DNA from: Leucoraja erinacea
Lineage: Eukaryota
Reading direction: 5' to 3'
Assembly: GCF_028641065.1 (NCBI RefSeq)
Contig: NC_073388.1
Location: forward strand, 46,686,001 to 46,750,000
Length of the DNA stretch: 64,000 nucleotides
Below the pieces are notes generated by a model that ran no database searches, had not been told where the DNA came from, and saw only the letters and a program-made list of their open reading frames with translations. Both the position numbers and the translations under genes were made by a program. Positions 33,101 through 46,460 of this stretch are shown here, in pieces (the first letter of the stretch is position 1; each line of letters opens with the position of its first letter).

Positions 33101-36069
33101 TATCACTCTGAAAAAAGGGCCCAACCCAAAATATCACCTATCCAAGTTCTCCAGGGATGCTGCCTGACCCGCTGAGTTACTCCAACATAGTGTTGGGGTA
33201 TTAATATTAAATAACATTCAATACTCTAGAAAATCTGTGAGTCTATGATCACCAACAATCCAGAGCATTCCTTATTATGGGGTTGCAATAACAGTGGACG
33301 TTAACAAGTGTACGGTTCTTGTTAAGTTTGATTGTTCACGGTTGGTGTTGAGAAATATATAAGATAAGCTATGTTCATGATTATGTTCAGTTATAGAAAC
33401 ACTTCCGTACAGTATGTGATATCCAGTGGAGAAGAAATGAATTGGGTTTATCTGCTTCATGTCTCCATATTAAGCTTATATTTTGCATCATGGTTGAGAG
33501 ATTTGAAAATAAATTGATTTATTAAATTTGTAGTTATTGATTATGTAAACATGCATCTTCCAATAGAACATAGAACAGTACAGACAGGAACTGGCCCTTC
33601 GGCCCACACTGTTGGTGCCAAACATGATGCTAGGTTAAACTGATATCATCTGCCTGTACATGATCGATATCCCTCTATTCCCAACACTTCCATGTGCCTA
33701 TCTAAAAGCCTCTTCAACACCACTATCACAGCTGCTGCCACCACCACCCCTGGCAAAGCGTTCCAGGCCCCCACCCCTCTTGGTGTATTATAACTTGTCC
33801 TGTGTATCTCCATTAATTCTTTCCCCTCTCACCTTATAACTATGCCCTCTAGTGTTGGGCAATTTCACCCTGGGAACAATAATATTGTTACTGTTATTTT
33901 TTTGTTTAAATACATTAGCTTATTAAATGAGTCATTTAATACATGGAAATAATTATTCCAATGATTTTACAACTTTCTTTATAAAGGAAAACCTGCTGTT
34001 TGTCAGGTGCTTTGCACAATCTGTCTTGGCCGATGTGATCTCCCAGTTGCCACTTTAACTCCCCCTCCCATTCCCACACTGACCTTTCTGTCCTGGGCCT
34101 CCTCCATTGTCAGAGAGAGGCCCAATGCAAATTGGAGGAACAGCACCTCATATTCTGCTTTTCACCCAGAGAGTTGTGAATCTGTGGAATTCTCTGCCAC
34201 AGAAAGGCAGTGGAGGCTAATTCACTGGATGTTTTCAAGAGAGAGTTAGATTTAGCGCTAAAGGAATCAAGGGATAAAGCAGGAACGGGGTACTAATTTT
34301 AGATGATCAGCCATGATCATATTGTCTGGCGGTGCTGCCTCGGAGGGCCAAATGGTGTACTCCTGTATCTATTTTTTCTATGCTTGGGCAGTTTACAACG
34401 CAGCGGTATGAATATTAATTTCTTCAAGTAATGCTTGCTTTCCCTCTCTCCCCATCCCTCCCCCACACTAGTTCCAGTTTTCCTGTCCTCCTGATTAATG
34501 TTCCTGTTTGTATGCTGCATTGTCATCTTCCGCTCAGCCAACAATGAACCATTCTACATTGAGCATTGACTGCTATGATCTGTGCTTTTCACACCTTACA
34601 TGCTCTATGTACCCTTCCATATCCCTCGCTTCCCTCTCCCCTGACTCATCCTGAAGAAGGGTCTCGACCACTCCTCCTCTCCAGAGATGCTGCCTGTCCC
34701 ACTGAGTTACTCCAGCATTTTGTGTCTATCTTTGTTTGTTAGGTTAAGTTGGGTTTATCTTTAAGAATTGTGTCTCCCATGGCATGACATCTAATACATG
34801 GATGTGTCGGCCACCACAACACAATTGGTTGTGTTGTTCCCCATCGATAAACAATGTGTGTCAAAGCTACACCCGCTGTATATATTAGACCTCCTACCCA
34901 TGCAGCAGAAAGACAAAACATGATTACATTCGATCCATTTAGAATGTATAGATAGATACATGATAAGGGAATAACGTTTGGTGCAAGGTAAAGCCAGCCA
35001 AGTCCGAACAATGAGAGTCCGAGGGTCACCAAAGAGGTAGATAGTAGTTCAGCACTGCTCTCTGGTTGCGGTGGGATGGTTCAGCTGCCTGATAACAGCT
35101 GGATAGAAACTGTCCCTGAATCTGGAGGTGGGAGTTTTCCCGATGGGAAAGGGGTGCAGAGGGAGTAGCCGGGTGCGACTCATCCTTGATTATGTTACTG
35201 GCCTTGCCGAGAGCAGCTTGAGGTATAAATGGAGTCAATAGAAGGAAGGTTAGTTTGTGTGATGGTCTGGGCTGCGTCCACAATTCGCTGCAATTTCTTG
35301 TGGTCTTGGATGGAGCTGGTGCCAAACCAAGCAGTGATGCATCCCGATAAAATGTTTTCGATGATGCATCTGTAGAAATTGGTGACAGTTGTCGGGGACA
35401 TGCTGAACTTCCTAAGCTGAGGCTCCCTCCCATTCCACTCCTCTTCTCTCCTTGTCTGACACCCTTTTGTCTCCTTTTCATGTCTAGCCTCTGTATATCC
35501 ATCTGCCATTCCACCTATCACTTGCCAGGCTACAATGCCAGTTTGTGAATACAAGAAAATGCAGATGCAGGTTTACAAACAAAAGACAAAGTGGAAGAGT
35601 AACTCAGCTACAATTCCAGCTTTCTCCCCCAGTCAACATTCAGTCTGAAGAAGGGTCCCAACCCGAAACGTTGCCTGTCCATTCCCTCCACAGATGCTGC
35701 CTGACCCTCTGAGTTACTCCAGCACTTTGTGTTTTGCTCAAAATTCCAGCATCTGCAGTTCCTTGTGTCTCTAGATTCATCGACCTACAGTCCTACAGTT
35801 TACATTATATTAAGAAAGAACTGCAGATGCTGGAAAAGGCGAAGGAAAAGACCCTGTGTCTCGACCCGAAACGTCGCCCATTCCTTCGCTCCATGTATGC
35901 TGCCTCACCAGCTGAGTTCCTCCAGCTTTTTTAAAACATCTAGTCTACATTACACTTTAAAAAAAAAAAGATAGTTCGAATTGATTATTTAAACTTGCTA
36001 ACTCCCCATTGCCTAATCTTATCCGAACACTCACTGGTTGGTCAATGCCATTGGTTCCGATTCAACATT

Positions 36070-36136
36070 GTTACATTGGAGACGTGTAGACTGGCGTCGC
36101 CCTGGTGACTCTTGTGACTCTGTGTAACCGGGAGAC
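36070..36136. promoter_or_regulatory. Putative AKAP14 promoter with RFX X-box-like motifs
   Basis: GTCGCCCTGGTGAC at 36096-36109 plus weaker GTTACATTGGAGAC (36070) and GTAACCGGGAGAC (36124), in a small CpG cluster about 550 bp upstream of the ATG. Confidence 0.55.
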
Positions 36137-36659
36137 GCCGGGTCGCTGCAGTAGCCGGCCGGGGAATGGAGCGCTAACCGCGGCAGCGCCAACAAGCTAG
36201 CAATCGGCCGGGTAGCTCCGTGAAGCGGTAAACCAAAAAACATTCATCATATGCTTTCATATTAGCGTTTGCATTTAGTTTTTAATTTAACTTGAATATA
36301 TGCAACGTGTTAAAGTTTCGGGTTCGAAAATCTGTCATTATAACTGCAGGATCTGATTAAGTATAGGTAATCGATCTTGACTAATAATAATAAATAATAA
36401 CAAAATAATAATAAGAATCGACTATTAATCTCATCACAGCGTAAATGTTTTATCATTCTGATGCCAAGTATTAGCAGCATGTTGAGCATTGGTCCAACAT
36501 TTTTTATATATACTATATAATTTTATTTTGGATTTAAAATGTAACTAAACAGGTGGGATCTCTCGAGCATGACGATTTTTAGCAACAAAAACAAAACAAC
36601 CATGAACTCTCGTTTGGTTAAATGTAATCAAGTAAAGGGCTTTCTTTTAGCAGGGCACC

Positions 36660-36771
36660 ATGGACGACGATGAATATTACAACCTATTGTTGAAAAAGCA
36701 GGCTAAAGCTATAATAAAACAGGTATTGGAGAATGCCAAGAGATACGTTGAACAACTGCTGATAAAAGAGG
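36660..36771 (+). CDS. AKAP14: AKAP14 coding exon 1 (PKA-RII-binding amphipathic helix)
   Basis: Kozak caccATGG, MDDDEYYNLLLKKQAKAIIKQVLENAKRYVEQLLIKE, donor GTAAGG. The upstream acceptor ttttag at 36650 implies a non-coding first exon. Confidence 0.82.
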
Positions 36772-37814
36772 GTAAGGAGAAGGCTCTTGCAAGTTCGAAT
36801 CATTCAGCGGCTGCATTTCTATAGGTCCTTGTCGTATCTTGATAAATTGGCCCTAAATTCTCAGACCCGCGCATTTACTGACCTCTAGAAATGCTCACTA
36901 ACGTTTTGAGGAGTACCGGGGAGGTTTGACGACTCGGTGCGTTAATCTTTTGCAAAGGCCTTGGGAAGGTTGCGCTTCGCTGTGCACGGGTTTGCAAAGT
37001 GGAGCAGAGACAAGCATACACTCTCCTTCCCCATTTGACTTCTTCCTCACCCACTCTCCCTTTCCCACCCCACCCCCTTCTCCGTCTCCCCTTCTCTTCT
37101 CCCCCTTCCTCCCTCCCCGGCTCAAGTTCTACTTCACCCCCCACTCCTCCCCCTTTTTCCCCTCACCCCCTACCCAAACCCCCCCCCCTTCGCCCCCGTG
37201 TCCCCACCTAATAACCTGGTGCCAATACGTACAGGACTGCCTGGTAACATTCTGTGGAAGTGGGAGGACTGGTAGATCAGGGGATTAAAACAGCATATTT
37301 CTATCATTGTCTGTTATATGTCTGTCATATATATCTGTTATATCTGTCAAAGCTGCCACAGCCAGAAATAAAAACAGCTTTTTTTTTCCACGAGTAGTAG
37401 CTCTACTCAATAACCAAAGATCTGTCGCCTCCTTTTGCTCTGGTATTTTATATAATTCACATGTTTAATCAATAATGTTTCATTATTAATGTTTAATGTT
37501 TTATGTATCATTCTTAACTGTCACTGTATGTCATCTTGTCACTTGCAGGCAGAGCACCAAGGCAAATTCCTTGTATGTGAATACTTGGCCAATAAACTTA
37601 TTCATTCATTCATTCATTCATTATATGTAATACCAGCGCACAGCTGGAATACTCTCACAATTCAGATCACCACAATACAGGAAGTCTGCAGTAGCATTAG
37701 AGAGGTTGTAAGAGAGATTTAAAGGGGTATTTCTGAGGCTGTAGCATTTCAGTGTTGTGGCGCCCCCTAGCCTGTTGTTGCTGAATAGTTCTCATGTTTG
37801 GCATATACTTATTC

Positions 37815-37972
37815 CAATTTTAACCAAAATGTATAAAAATAGCCTTTATTAAAATCTGACAATGTGCATTTTAACCACATGTGATATTTTCAATTACAAA
37901 TCGCAAATTGTGGAGTACAGAGACAAATAAATAAATGATGGATCTTTGTCCCAAACATTATGGAGGGCACTG
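37815..37972. mobile_element. Solo Tc1-like terminal inverted repeat
   Basis: Ends ...cccaaacattatggagggcactg|TA (CAGTG terminus). Confidence 0.65.
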
Positions 37973-38099
37973 TATCTGGAAAATGGATCAATGTGATAAG
38001 CTTTGTATTTAAATGCAACCATTTAAATTTTAATAAATGAGCATTCTGTGTCACTCTTGTCGTCAGGCAATACTATATTATTTTTTATCTTTTTAACAG

Positions 38100-38194
38100 G
38101 GAAAGGTGAATATAGGATCCCTAACATCGAGTGGGTTCCAAGCAAGGACTTCACTGTTACCATTGGGGCAAAGCAAATAGAAGAATATGTCTCA
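38100..38194 (+). CDS. AKAP14: AKAP14 coding exon 2
   Basis: (G)KGEYRIPNIEWVPSKDFTVTIGAKQIEEYVS, similar to [30 protein letters not shown] boundaries. Confidence 0.92.
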
Positions 38195-38680
38195 GTAAGT
38201 TTATTCTATGTAGAGTATGGGTTTCTGGTTTCCTTTGTGCTGTGATTTTCTTTTGGCTTTCATCATCCAATCACTTTTTATCAGTGGTCCCTTGTCCCAA
38301 AAATACTTTGACGGCATTAAGATTTCAATGACTTGCATTGCTTTGTCATTCTGTGGTCAGTCTCTCAAAAGTACACCACCATCGTATCTGCCTCAACCAC
38401 TGCCCTCAGCAGCACATTCTAGGCACTCGCCATCTTGGTGCAAAATACACATCTCCTTTCAATTTTGCCCCTCTCACCGTAAAGCTACATCCTCTAGTAA
38501 TTGGTGTCTTTCTATCCTGGGAAAAAGGTTCTGAGTCTCTACCGTGTCTATGCCTCTCATAATTTTATATACTTTAAGCAGGCCTCCCTGCAACCTCTGA
38601 CATGTCAGGGAAAACAATCTAAGTGTCCAGCTTCTCCCCATTGCTAATATCCATAATCCAGGCATCATTCTGGTAAAGTG

Positions 38681-38817
38681 TTCAAGAAGGAACTGCAGAT
38701 GCTAGAAGATCAAAGGTACACCAGTCTGAAGAAGGGTTTCGGCCCCAAACGTCGCCTATTTCCTTCGCTCCATAGATGCTGCTGCACCCGCTGAGTTTCT
38801 CCAGCATTTTTGTGTAC
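38681..38817. mobile_element. Penelope-derived inverted mini-element
   Basis: TSD catcattctggtaaag at 38663-38678 and 38818-38833. Confidence 0.82.
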
Positions 38818-40247
38818 CATCATTCTGGTAAAGCTTGCTTTTAAATACTGAGGGGTAGCAGTAGGCAGGTATTAATCTCTGCTCTATTGTACATATGACT
38901 GAAGTCCAACATAAATAGAAACATAGCAAAATAAGGTGTAGGCGTAGGTCATTTGGCCCTTTGAGCCAGCACCGCCATTCAATATGATCATGGCTGATTA
39001 TCTAAAAGCAGTACCCCGTTCCTGCTTTTTTCCTTTATCCCTTGATTCCTTTAGGCTTAAGAGCTAAATCTAACTAATTGTATGTAAACTGAGATAACTT
39101 GCTCCACTTATCCCCCCCATCTATTCGAGATAGTACTGTACAGGGAGAGGGCAGCCTGGAGGAATATGGACAAAATATGTCGGAAGGAACTGCGATGCTA
39201 TTACACCGAAGATAGACACATAGAGCTGGAGTAACTCAGCGCGCCAGGCAGCATCTCTTTAGGGAACGGATGGGTGACATTTTAGGTCGAGACCCTTCTT
39301 CAGACTGAGAGTCAGGGGAGAGGGAGACATGGAGATATGGAAGGGTAAGGTGTGAAAATGAGAGCTCAAAAGGGATGCAGTCCAAGGAAAATGTAGAATG
39401 GATCATTGTTAGCTGAGGAGAAGGTGACAACGAGGCACACAATCAGTGAAATTTAACCAGGAGGACAGTCGGAGAACTAGGGTGGGGGAGGTGTGGATTT
39501 GTGTGTAAGTGCTGCCTAACCCTAACTGATGCGCAAGTTAATAGAATAGGAGGCACAAGGAATTTCAAATGCTGGAAACTTGTGCAGAACACAAAATGGG
39601 GTCAGGCATCATCTGTGGAAGGAATGGACTTCTTCCATTGCCAGAATGTGGCCATGTAAACTGCAGGAATAGCACCTCATATTCCACTTGGGTAGCTTAC
39701 AACCTCACGGGATGAACATTGAATTCTCCAATTTTAAATAACACCCCACCTTCCCTTTCACTCTTTCCTATGCATATACTCTGATAAAAAATGTTATTAT
39801 TTTTGCAATTTCAGTTTCTTTAGTGAATGATACTGAAGCTCCTGAAGCTTTGGGATTATTTCAGGAATAGGGACATCGGGTTTATTCTGTGCCAATGAAA
39901 GAATAAATGAAGAATTCTGAGTGCCCCACAGCTCGACTGGAAACTGCTCATTGATGGATAACATGAGGCACATCTAGGCTTGAATGTAATGCTTGATTGC
40001 TTTTGGAAACTCCTGCCGGTGGCATAGTGGGTCTGCGATGGGGTGCGTTTGGAGGGGCAACATGCTTGCTAATAAGATCAGAGGGAGCAGAATTAGGCCA
40101 TTCGGCCCATCAAGTTTACTCTGCCATTCAATCATGGTTGCTCTGTCTCTCCATCCTTACCCCATTCTCCTGCCTTCTCCCCATAACCTCTGACACCTAA
40201 TCCTGGCAATAATTATATCCTAATTTTAACAATTGCCCCGTATTCAG

Positions 40248-40430
40248 AAAACCTGGGAGTTTAAGGATTGCTGGCTTCACTGTCTGGATTACCTGAGTGA
40301 GGAAGAACTGGAATACCAAATCCATCACCATTATCGAGTTCGCTGGAGTATCCCAACACGAAGGAAGCCCATACCACGAGCAACAGCCTCGAGTTATTTT
40401 ATTATTGAAATCTCTAAAGTGAAACCACCT
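40248..40430 (+). CDS. AKAP14: AKAP14 coding exon 3
   Basis: KTWEFKDCWLHCLDYL...YRVRWSIPTRRKPIPRATASSYFIIEISKVKPP (183 nt), donor GTGAGT. Confidence 0.93.
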
Positions 40431-40730
40431 GTGAGTACAAGCGCCTGTGAGAACATCCGCAACCTTGTTGAGATGAGTTCACAGTTAGTTGTTCAGGGTT
40501 TGCGTTTAGCAACCTGCAATTGTCGTGGAAGGTTGCCTGTGGGACTGTGGGGGTGAACGGGCTTCAATTTAGTTTGCTGTCCGTTAAAGCAATGGACTCA
40601 ACAGAACTAGAGTTTGTCAGGAAGGGACAGGAGAGGACGTGTGCACCCCCCTTCTAGTGACTCCATTCATACATCACGCTGCCTCGGCAAATCCAGCAGC
40701 ATAATCAAGGACGAGTCGCACCCTGGCCAC

Positions 40731-41560
40731 TCAATCAATATCAATCAATCAATCAATCAATATTTATTACATGTCATTTGAACCTCGGTGAGGCTCAAAC
40801 GAAACTCCGTTTCCACAGCTATACAAACAAAGACAATTTCCTACAGACATACACACAATTCAATTTACAGAAATCTTTTCCCTCCCCTGTTCTCCATTTT
40901 TCTCCCAATGTTGAAGCCCCAGGCGGGCGATGGTGAGTCCCACGACTATTTTAGGCCGCGCCGGGCGATGTACGGCCCCACTCCCGGTCTAAAATTCACG
41001 AAGTTGGAGCCACGGCGGGCTCTGGAATGTCCCGCGGCCATTAAGCTGCGCCGGGCGATGTACGGCCCCGCTCCGGGTCGTTCCAACCCCGCGACACGGG
41101 CGGGAGAAGTCGCGTTGCGGGAGCTCCTGAAAGCGGTCTCTCCACCCAGACCCGCGAGCTCCCGATGTCCCGACAGTCCACCGGACCTGCGGCTGCAGCT
41201 GGAGCCTCCGAGCTACGTGGTCGGGCCGCAGCAGCGAGTCACCACCGCTCCCCACGCTCCGAGGCCGGCCAGCCCCACGATGGTAAGTCCGCAGCTCCGC
41301 AGGCTCCGTGACTGGAGCCCCCAGGTCGTTCCAGCTGGAGGCCGCTCCACGGTGCTAGGCCCCAACGACAACGGAGACCCAACAGGAAAAAGGTTTGGGG
41401 AAGAGAGTTTAAAAATGTTTCCCCTTCCCTCCCCCCGCCCCCCGCATATACACAGTTAAAAAAACTATTTAAAAAACACAAACAACTACATTTAACTAGA
41501 CAAAAAATAAAAAAAGACAGACAGGCTGTAGGGGCCGCTGCAACAGGTGAGTTGCACCGT
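40731..41560 (-). mobile_element. GC-rich non-autonomous LINE derivative inserted in a Rex1-like 3' fragment
   Basis: (TTGA)n tail; the host sequence ...ccctggccactc resumes as cactccctctcctcccc. Confidence 0.65.
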
Positions 41561-42599
41561 CACTCCCTCTCCTCCCCTCTCCCATCAGGCAAAAGGTATA
41601 GAAGTGTGGAATCTCACACCTCCAGATTCAGGAACAGTTTCTTCCCAGCTATTATCAGGCAACTGAATCATCCTACCACAACCAGAGAACTATTATCTAA
41701 CTTTGATGACACTCGGACTCTCCTTGATAAAGTCTTTGCTGGCTTTACCTTGCACTAAACGTTATTCCCTTATCATTTATCCATACACTGTAAATGGATT
41801 GATAGTAATCATGTATAGTCTTTCTGCTGACTGGTTAGCACACAACAAAAGCTTTCCACTGCACCTCGGTGCACGTGACAATAAACTAAGCGAATACTGA
41901 AACTGGAAACTGTTGATCTGTGATAGATACAACACCAAGTACAAAGCGGATTAACCAGAGACTTAGGAACAGTGCCTTGAGTCACAATACTATCGGATAC
42001 ACATTATAGACCTGGGATCAGTGCATAAACCATTGAGGATTCAATAGAGAGCTGGAATCAGTGGCAAAACCTTTGGGAATCCAGTACAAGTACGGGAGCA
42101 GAGTCTCAACTTTTGTGCAGAGATAGAGGCAAAATGCCTAGGAATCAGCATAGACCTGGGATCAGTGCTTTAACTGTTGAACTGTTTTAATAATAATATT
42201 AATAATAAACTTTGTTACGGACTCGAGGTCCAGGCAAGGGGCAACATTACATTTTAAAAAAATGCATTGCATAATAAAAAATATATCATAAAGCACATAT
42301 AAAATCTTAGTATGTCACATAAAAGCATCATAAATTATATATTTTAAAAAAATGTTTTAATTCTTGCCAAGTACCTTTCCAACGAAGGTAATGTCAGACG
42401 CTGAAAGTCTATGTTTGCTGCCTGTGAGATGAAAATGATGTGTCCCTAGATGACTATTCCCATGATGTGTAAGATGTCTTCATGTTTTGTCAGTGGACCA
42501 CTGGATGCTGTCTATTGAACATGATTAGGATTGGAAGGAGAGGGGGAAGTGTGGTTACAATTCAGCTGTTCACAAAGATATGACCTTTCAATGCTTAAC

Positions 42600-42890
42600 A
42601 CTGCAGCTGTTAGAGCCGCAGCCTCAGTGTCAGAGACCTGGGTTCGATCCTGATGGGTGGTTTGTGAGGAGTTAGCACATTTTCCCTGTAACCACGGGTT
42701 TCATCCGGGTGCTCTGGTTTCCTCCAACCTCAGAAAGGTTTGTAGGTTAATTGGCCTCTGTAATACTCCCCCAGTGTGTAGGGAGTGGGTGGAAAATTGG
42801 GATAACATAGAAATAATGTAAAAATAAGGGATTGAATGCTGGCATGGACTTGGTGGGCCGAAGGGCCTGTTTCCATGCTGTATCTTTCAA
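42600..42890 (+). mobile_element. HE1-like SINE
   Basis: cagagacctgggttcgatcctga (box B) and the gggccgaagggcctgtttccatgctgtatct tail. Confidence 0.8.
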
Positions 42891-43131
42891 TTAAAAAAAA
42901 ATCGTAACACTCCCGTCAATGCGTGATTGACTGTGTAGTGCAAGTGGCAATACTCTGAATTACCTGAAAGTCTACATCTCGGCATTAATTTGTGAAGTAT
43001 AAATATTACCACTGACCTGAGAGTAGTAACAAGCACACAAAAAATGTGAACCAGTTAAAAAGTGGTCCTTGTGTATATAAAATGGATACATCAGTCATTG
43101 CACTAACATGGATGTCTGAATATTTTTTTAG

Positions 43132-43184
43132 ACGTTTCCAGTTGAAGTTTACTTCTTTTTTGAATCAAACAGACTTCTGCACAG
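43132..43184 (+). CDS. AKAP14: AKAP14 coding exon 4
   Basis: tttttag acceptor, TFPVEVYFFFESNRLLH(R), 53 nt, donor GTAGAT. Confidence 0.9.
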
Positions 43185-44831
43185 GTAGATCATTTATTTA
43201 CAATGTTTCATTAATTTCATTTCCAGAATGTGATTGTTGGTGGTAAGCAAAAGCCCAGTATTTATCCTTGGTGGTGGGCTGCCTTTTGCTTGAAGTGGTT
43301 TATCCAAGTTGCTGGTCCATTTGTGGGCTATTTGATGAACACATGGGGATTGGATGCAGTACCTGACCAGGCAACAATTGCAGGTCAAATTCCATAAAGA
43401 ACATAGAGTCAGATAGCTCGAAAACAGGCCCCTTGGCCCAACGTGCAATGCCAACCGAGACACGCCATCCAGGTTGGTCCCACTTGTCCACATTTGGCCC
43501 ATTTCCCTCCAAACCGTTACTATCCATGTATCTGTTACTATCCATACTATCCACCCGTCCAAGTGTCTATTAAAGGGTGTTATTGGACCTGCCACAACCA
43601 CCCCCTCCGGCAGCTCGTTCCATACACCCAACAACATTCAGTTGCATTTTAATTACAATCAAACAATCTTCATACTGAAGAGTTATTTTAAAACTGATTT
43701 TGTGTTCTCAAATTGCTGAGACCAAATTGAATGCACAAGTGTCTGAATTCTTGGACTCATGGTGCAGCTCGCACAGAGGAACCTTTGTTTCAGGTGGTTC
43801 CTATGTTGCTGGGGACAGTGGTAAGTTAGTCATGGGTATGGGTCATGAAGCAATTTGTCTGCTTTGAGGGGATGAGGTGAAGCTTAGAGCAGCTGCAATC
43901 TTTGGGATCTGTCACTCTGATGTTCCTGCCATAATTCTATTTATTTCTTCTGTGAGTTTTTATTTATTTATTGCTGAATATCAAATCAGAGTACCAAACC
44001 TTTTTTTTTTAGCATCAGCAATAGTAAACCAATGATGGTGAATTAAACTGTAGATGGAAGATAGACACAAAGTGCTGGGAGATTGACTCAAAGTAACTCA
44101 GTGGGTCAGGCAGCATCCCCAGAGGAAAGGAATGGGTGATGTTTCGCATGCTATGCAAACAGATCAAATATATCACACACCAACACAATCAAGTCAAACT
44201 CGAGTACAATAGATAAAGCAAAGTGCAAGATACAGTGTGCAGTCAGTTGAGGGAAATTTGTATATATTTTAAAGACTGGCTAATGACGGCAGGTATCCCA
44301 TTTGTCTTCTTCATGTTAATTACCTGCGCTGACACCTTTAGGGATCTTTGGCCTTGTACCCGGTTCCTCAATATAGACACAAAATGCTGGAGTAACTCAA
44401 CGGGACAGGCAGCATCTCTGGAGAGAAGGAATGGGTGACGTTTTGGGTCGAGACCCTTCTTCAGATATCCCTGTTCCTCAATATTCTCTTGGGATGTAGC
44501 ATTTGTGGTCTTTATGTGCTTCTAATGTGCTGTAAAATAACCAAGATGTCTTGGAATATTTGAAGTTAAATTCCAGTGATAATATTGTAACACTTGAAAC
44601 CAATGGAGATGATTGCTTTGATTCTGGTTTAAAAAAAATCAATGTCTATTAGTACAAAATTTTCTTCACATCTGCCGATGCACGATATTAAAGGCGGATA
44701 AAATTGAATAATTTTGTTCCAGAGATATTTTGATTTGTTGGGTATGATAATACAGGGATGATGCTGAAACAGCTAGATTTTAAAAGCAAATAACTAATCA
44801 GTGCATTATTTTTTTTTATTTTTTTTAAAAG

Positions 44832-44916
44832 ACCTGGTCAATCAAGATTCAAAGAGAAGTGGCTAAAGGACATCATTGAAAGCAAAATTCTATTGATGGA
44901 GGAAGTTAATTTTTAG
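44832..44916 (+). CDS. AKAP14: AKAP14 coding exon 5 (terminal)
   Basis: PGQSRFKEKWLKDIIESKILLMEEVNF-TAG; spliced CDS 528 nt = 175 aa; AATAAA near 45115 and 45151. Confidence 0.92.
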
Positions 44917-46220
44917 GTTTAAGTGTATATATTTGGCAAAGCCAAACTATCCCTAATTGATTTATATTGTGTATCGATTTCAAACCCAGGGTTGGAAAAT
45001 CTGGGCATCTCTGGTTTTGTACAGTTAAGTAATGACCTGATAGTTTCTCTGATTGAGCCATCACGAACAAGTTTTTATAACAAATATACTGCATGATTTG
45101 CAAAATTAATGTTGAATAAAATAATTTACATTTACATATCTTTGTGTTTAAATAAACCAGTTTCATATGAATACAGACTTCAGTACTGTTATTTTAATCC
45201 ATGATAGTCATAGAACTCAAAAACAAGCCCTTCGGCCCAACTTGCCCATGTCAACCAAGATGGCCCATCTATGCTAGTCCCACCTGCCTGCGTTTGGCCT
45301 TTATACTTTTCCATCCACCTACCTGTCCAAATATCTTCTAAATTTTATAGTACCTGTGTCAACTGTCTCCTCTGACAGCTTGTTCCATATCCCACCACCC
45401 TTTGTGTGGAAAAAGGTGCCCTTCAGGTCCCTATTAAATATTTCCCCTCTCACCTTAACCCTATGTCCTCTGGTTCTTGATTCCTCTACTCTGGATAAAA
45501 CACTCTGTACACTCATCCTATCCATGATGTGACTGATGAAACTAATATCCACAGGAACAAATTAATTTCTAAATGAGCCTTTACTCAGGAAGTACTTTTG
45601 CTTTGGTTCAATCAGGTAGCATTAAATAATTCACTTATATGTCCTAAACCTTGAATACCAGCCATTTCTATACAGTCCTATGAAGAGATGGCAAAACTAA
45701 TCTTCCTCATTCAAAATTTACCTAGTTCTGAGCAGGCTTCCTTTTAATCAAAGGTGAACGTGAAGATTGTTTCGAAGTTGCCTAGGCATTTGATCCAGTA
45801 GAATCAAGCATTTGAAAATGACTTTTTTCTTTGCTTGACTAATGAATTTGATTGGAATACTAATGAAAAGTAACCCATCACACAGTAAACTATATTGGTA
45901 ATTTTAATAACACAATTTTACATCAAATTATCACTGAATAGTTTTATATAAAACTAGAAAGGTGATAGGAAATTGAGTTTACGCATTCAATATTAACATC
46001 CTATTTGACCAACTATAGTGAAAACAATCTTAGAACATCTAGATTATATTACGATTTTAAACAAAGAACATTTTAAATGCTGAAAATTAAGATTTTATAA
46101 AGTCTGAGAATGGCCAGCATTATAATTGCCCAGCTGAAAAACAAACTTTTATTTTAGATGTTCGACCTCCTGTACATTTCCAGGTCTAGGAAAGAAACTA
46201 TTTAAAATAAAATCAGATCT

Positions 46221-46460
<240 letters not shown>

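Noticed and set aside
31300-33500. Unique-looking intergenic sequence with short ORFs and an ATTTGCAT octamer near 31901
   Set aside because: No consistent exon chain or recognisable protein or RNA motif could be assembled.
40788-41459. 223-aa Pro/Arg-rich ORF (similarly the ORFs at 7266-8165 and 29841-30602)
   Set aside because: These are stop-poor frames in GC-rich repeats.
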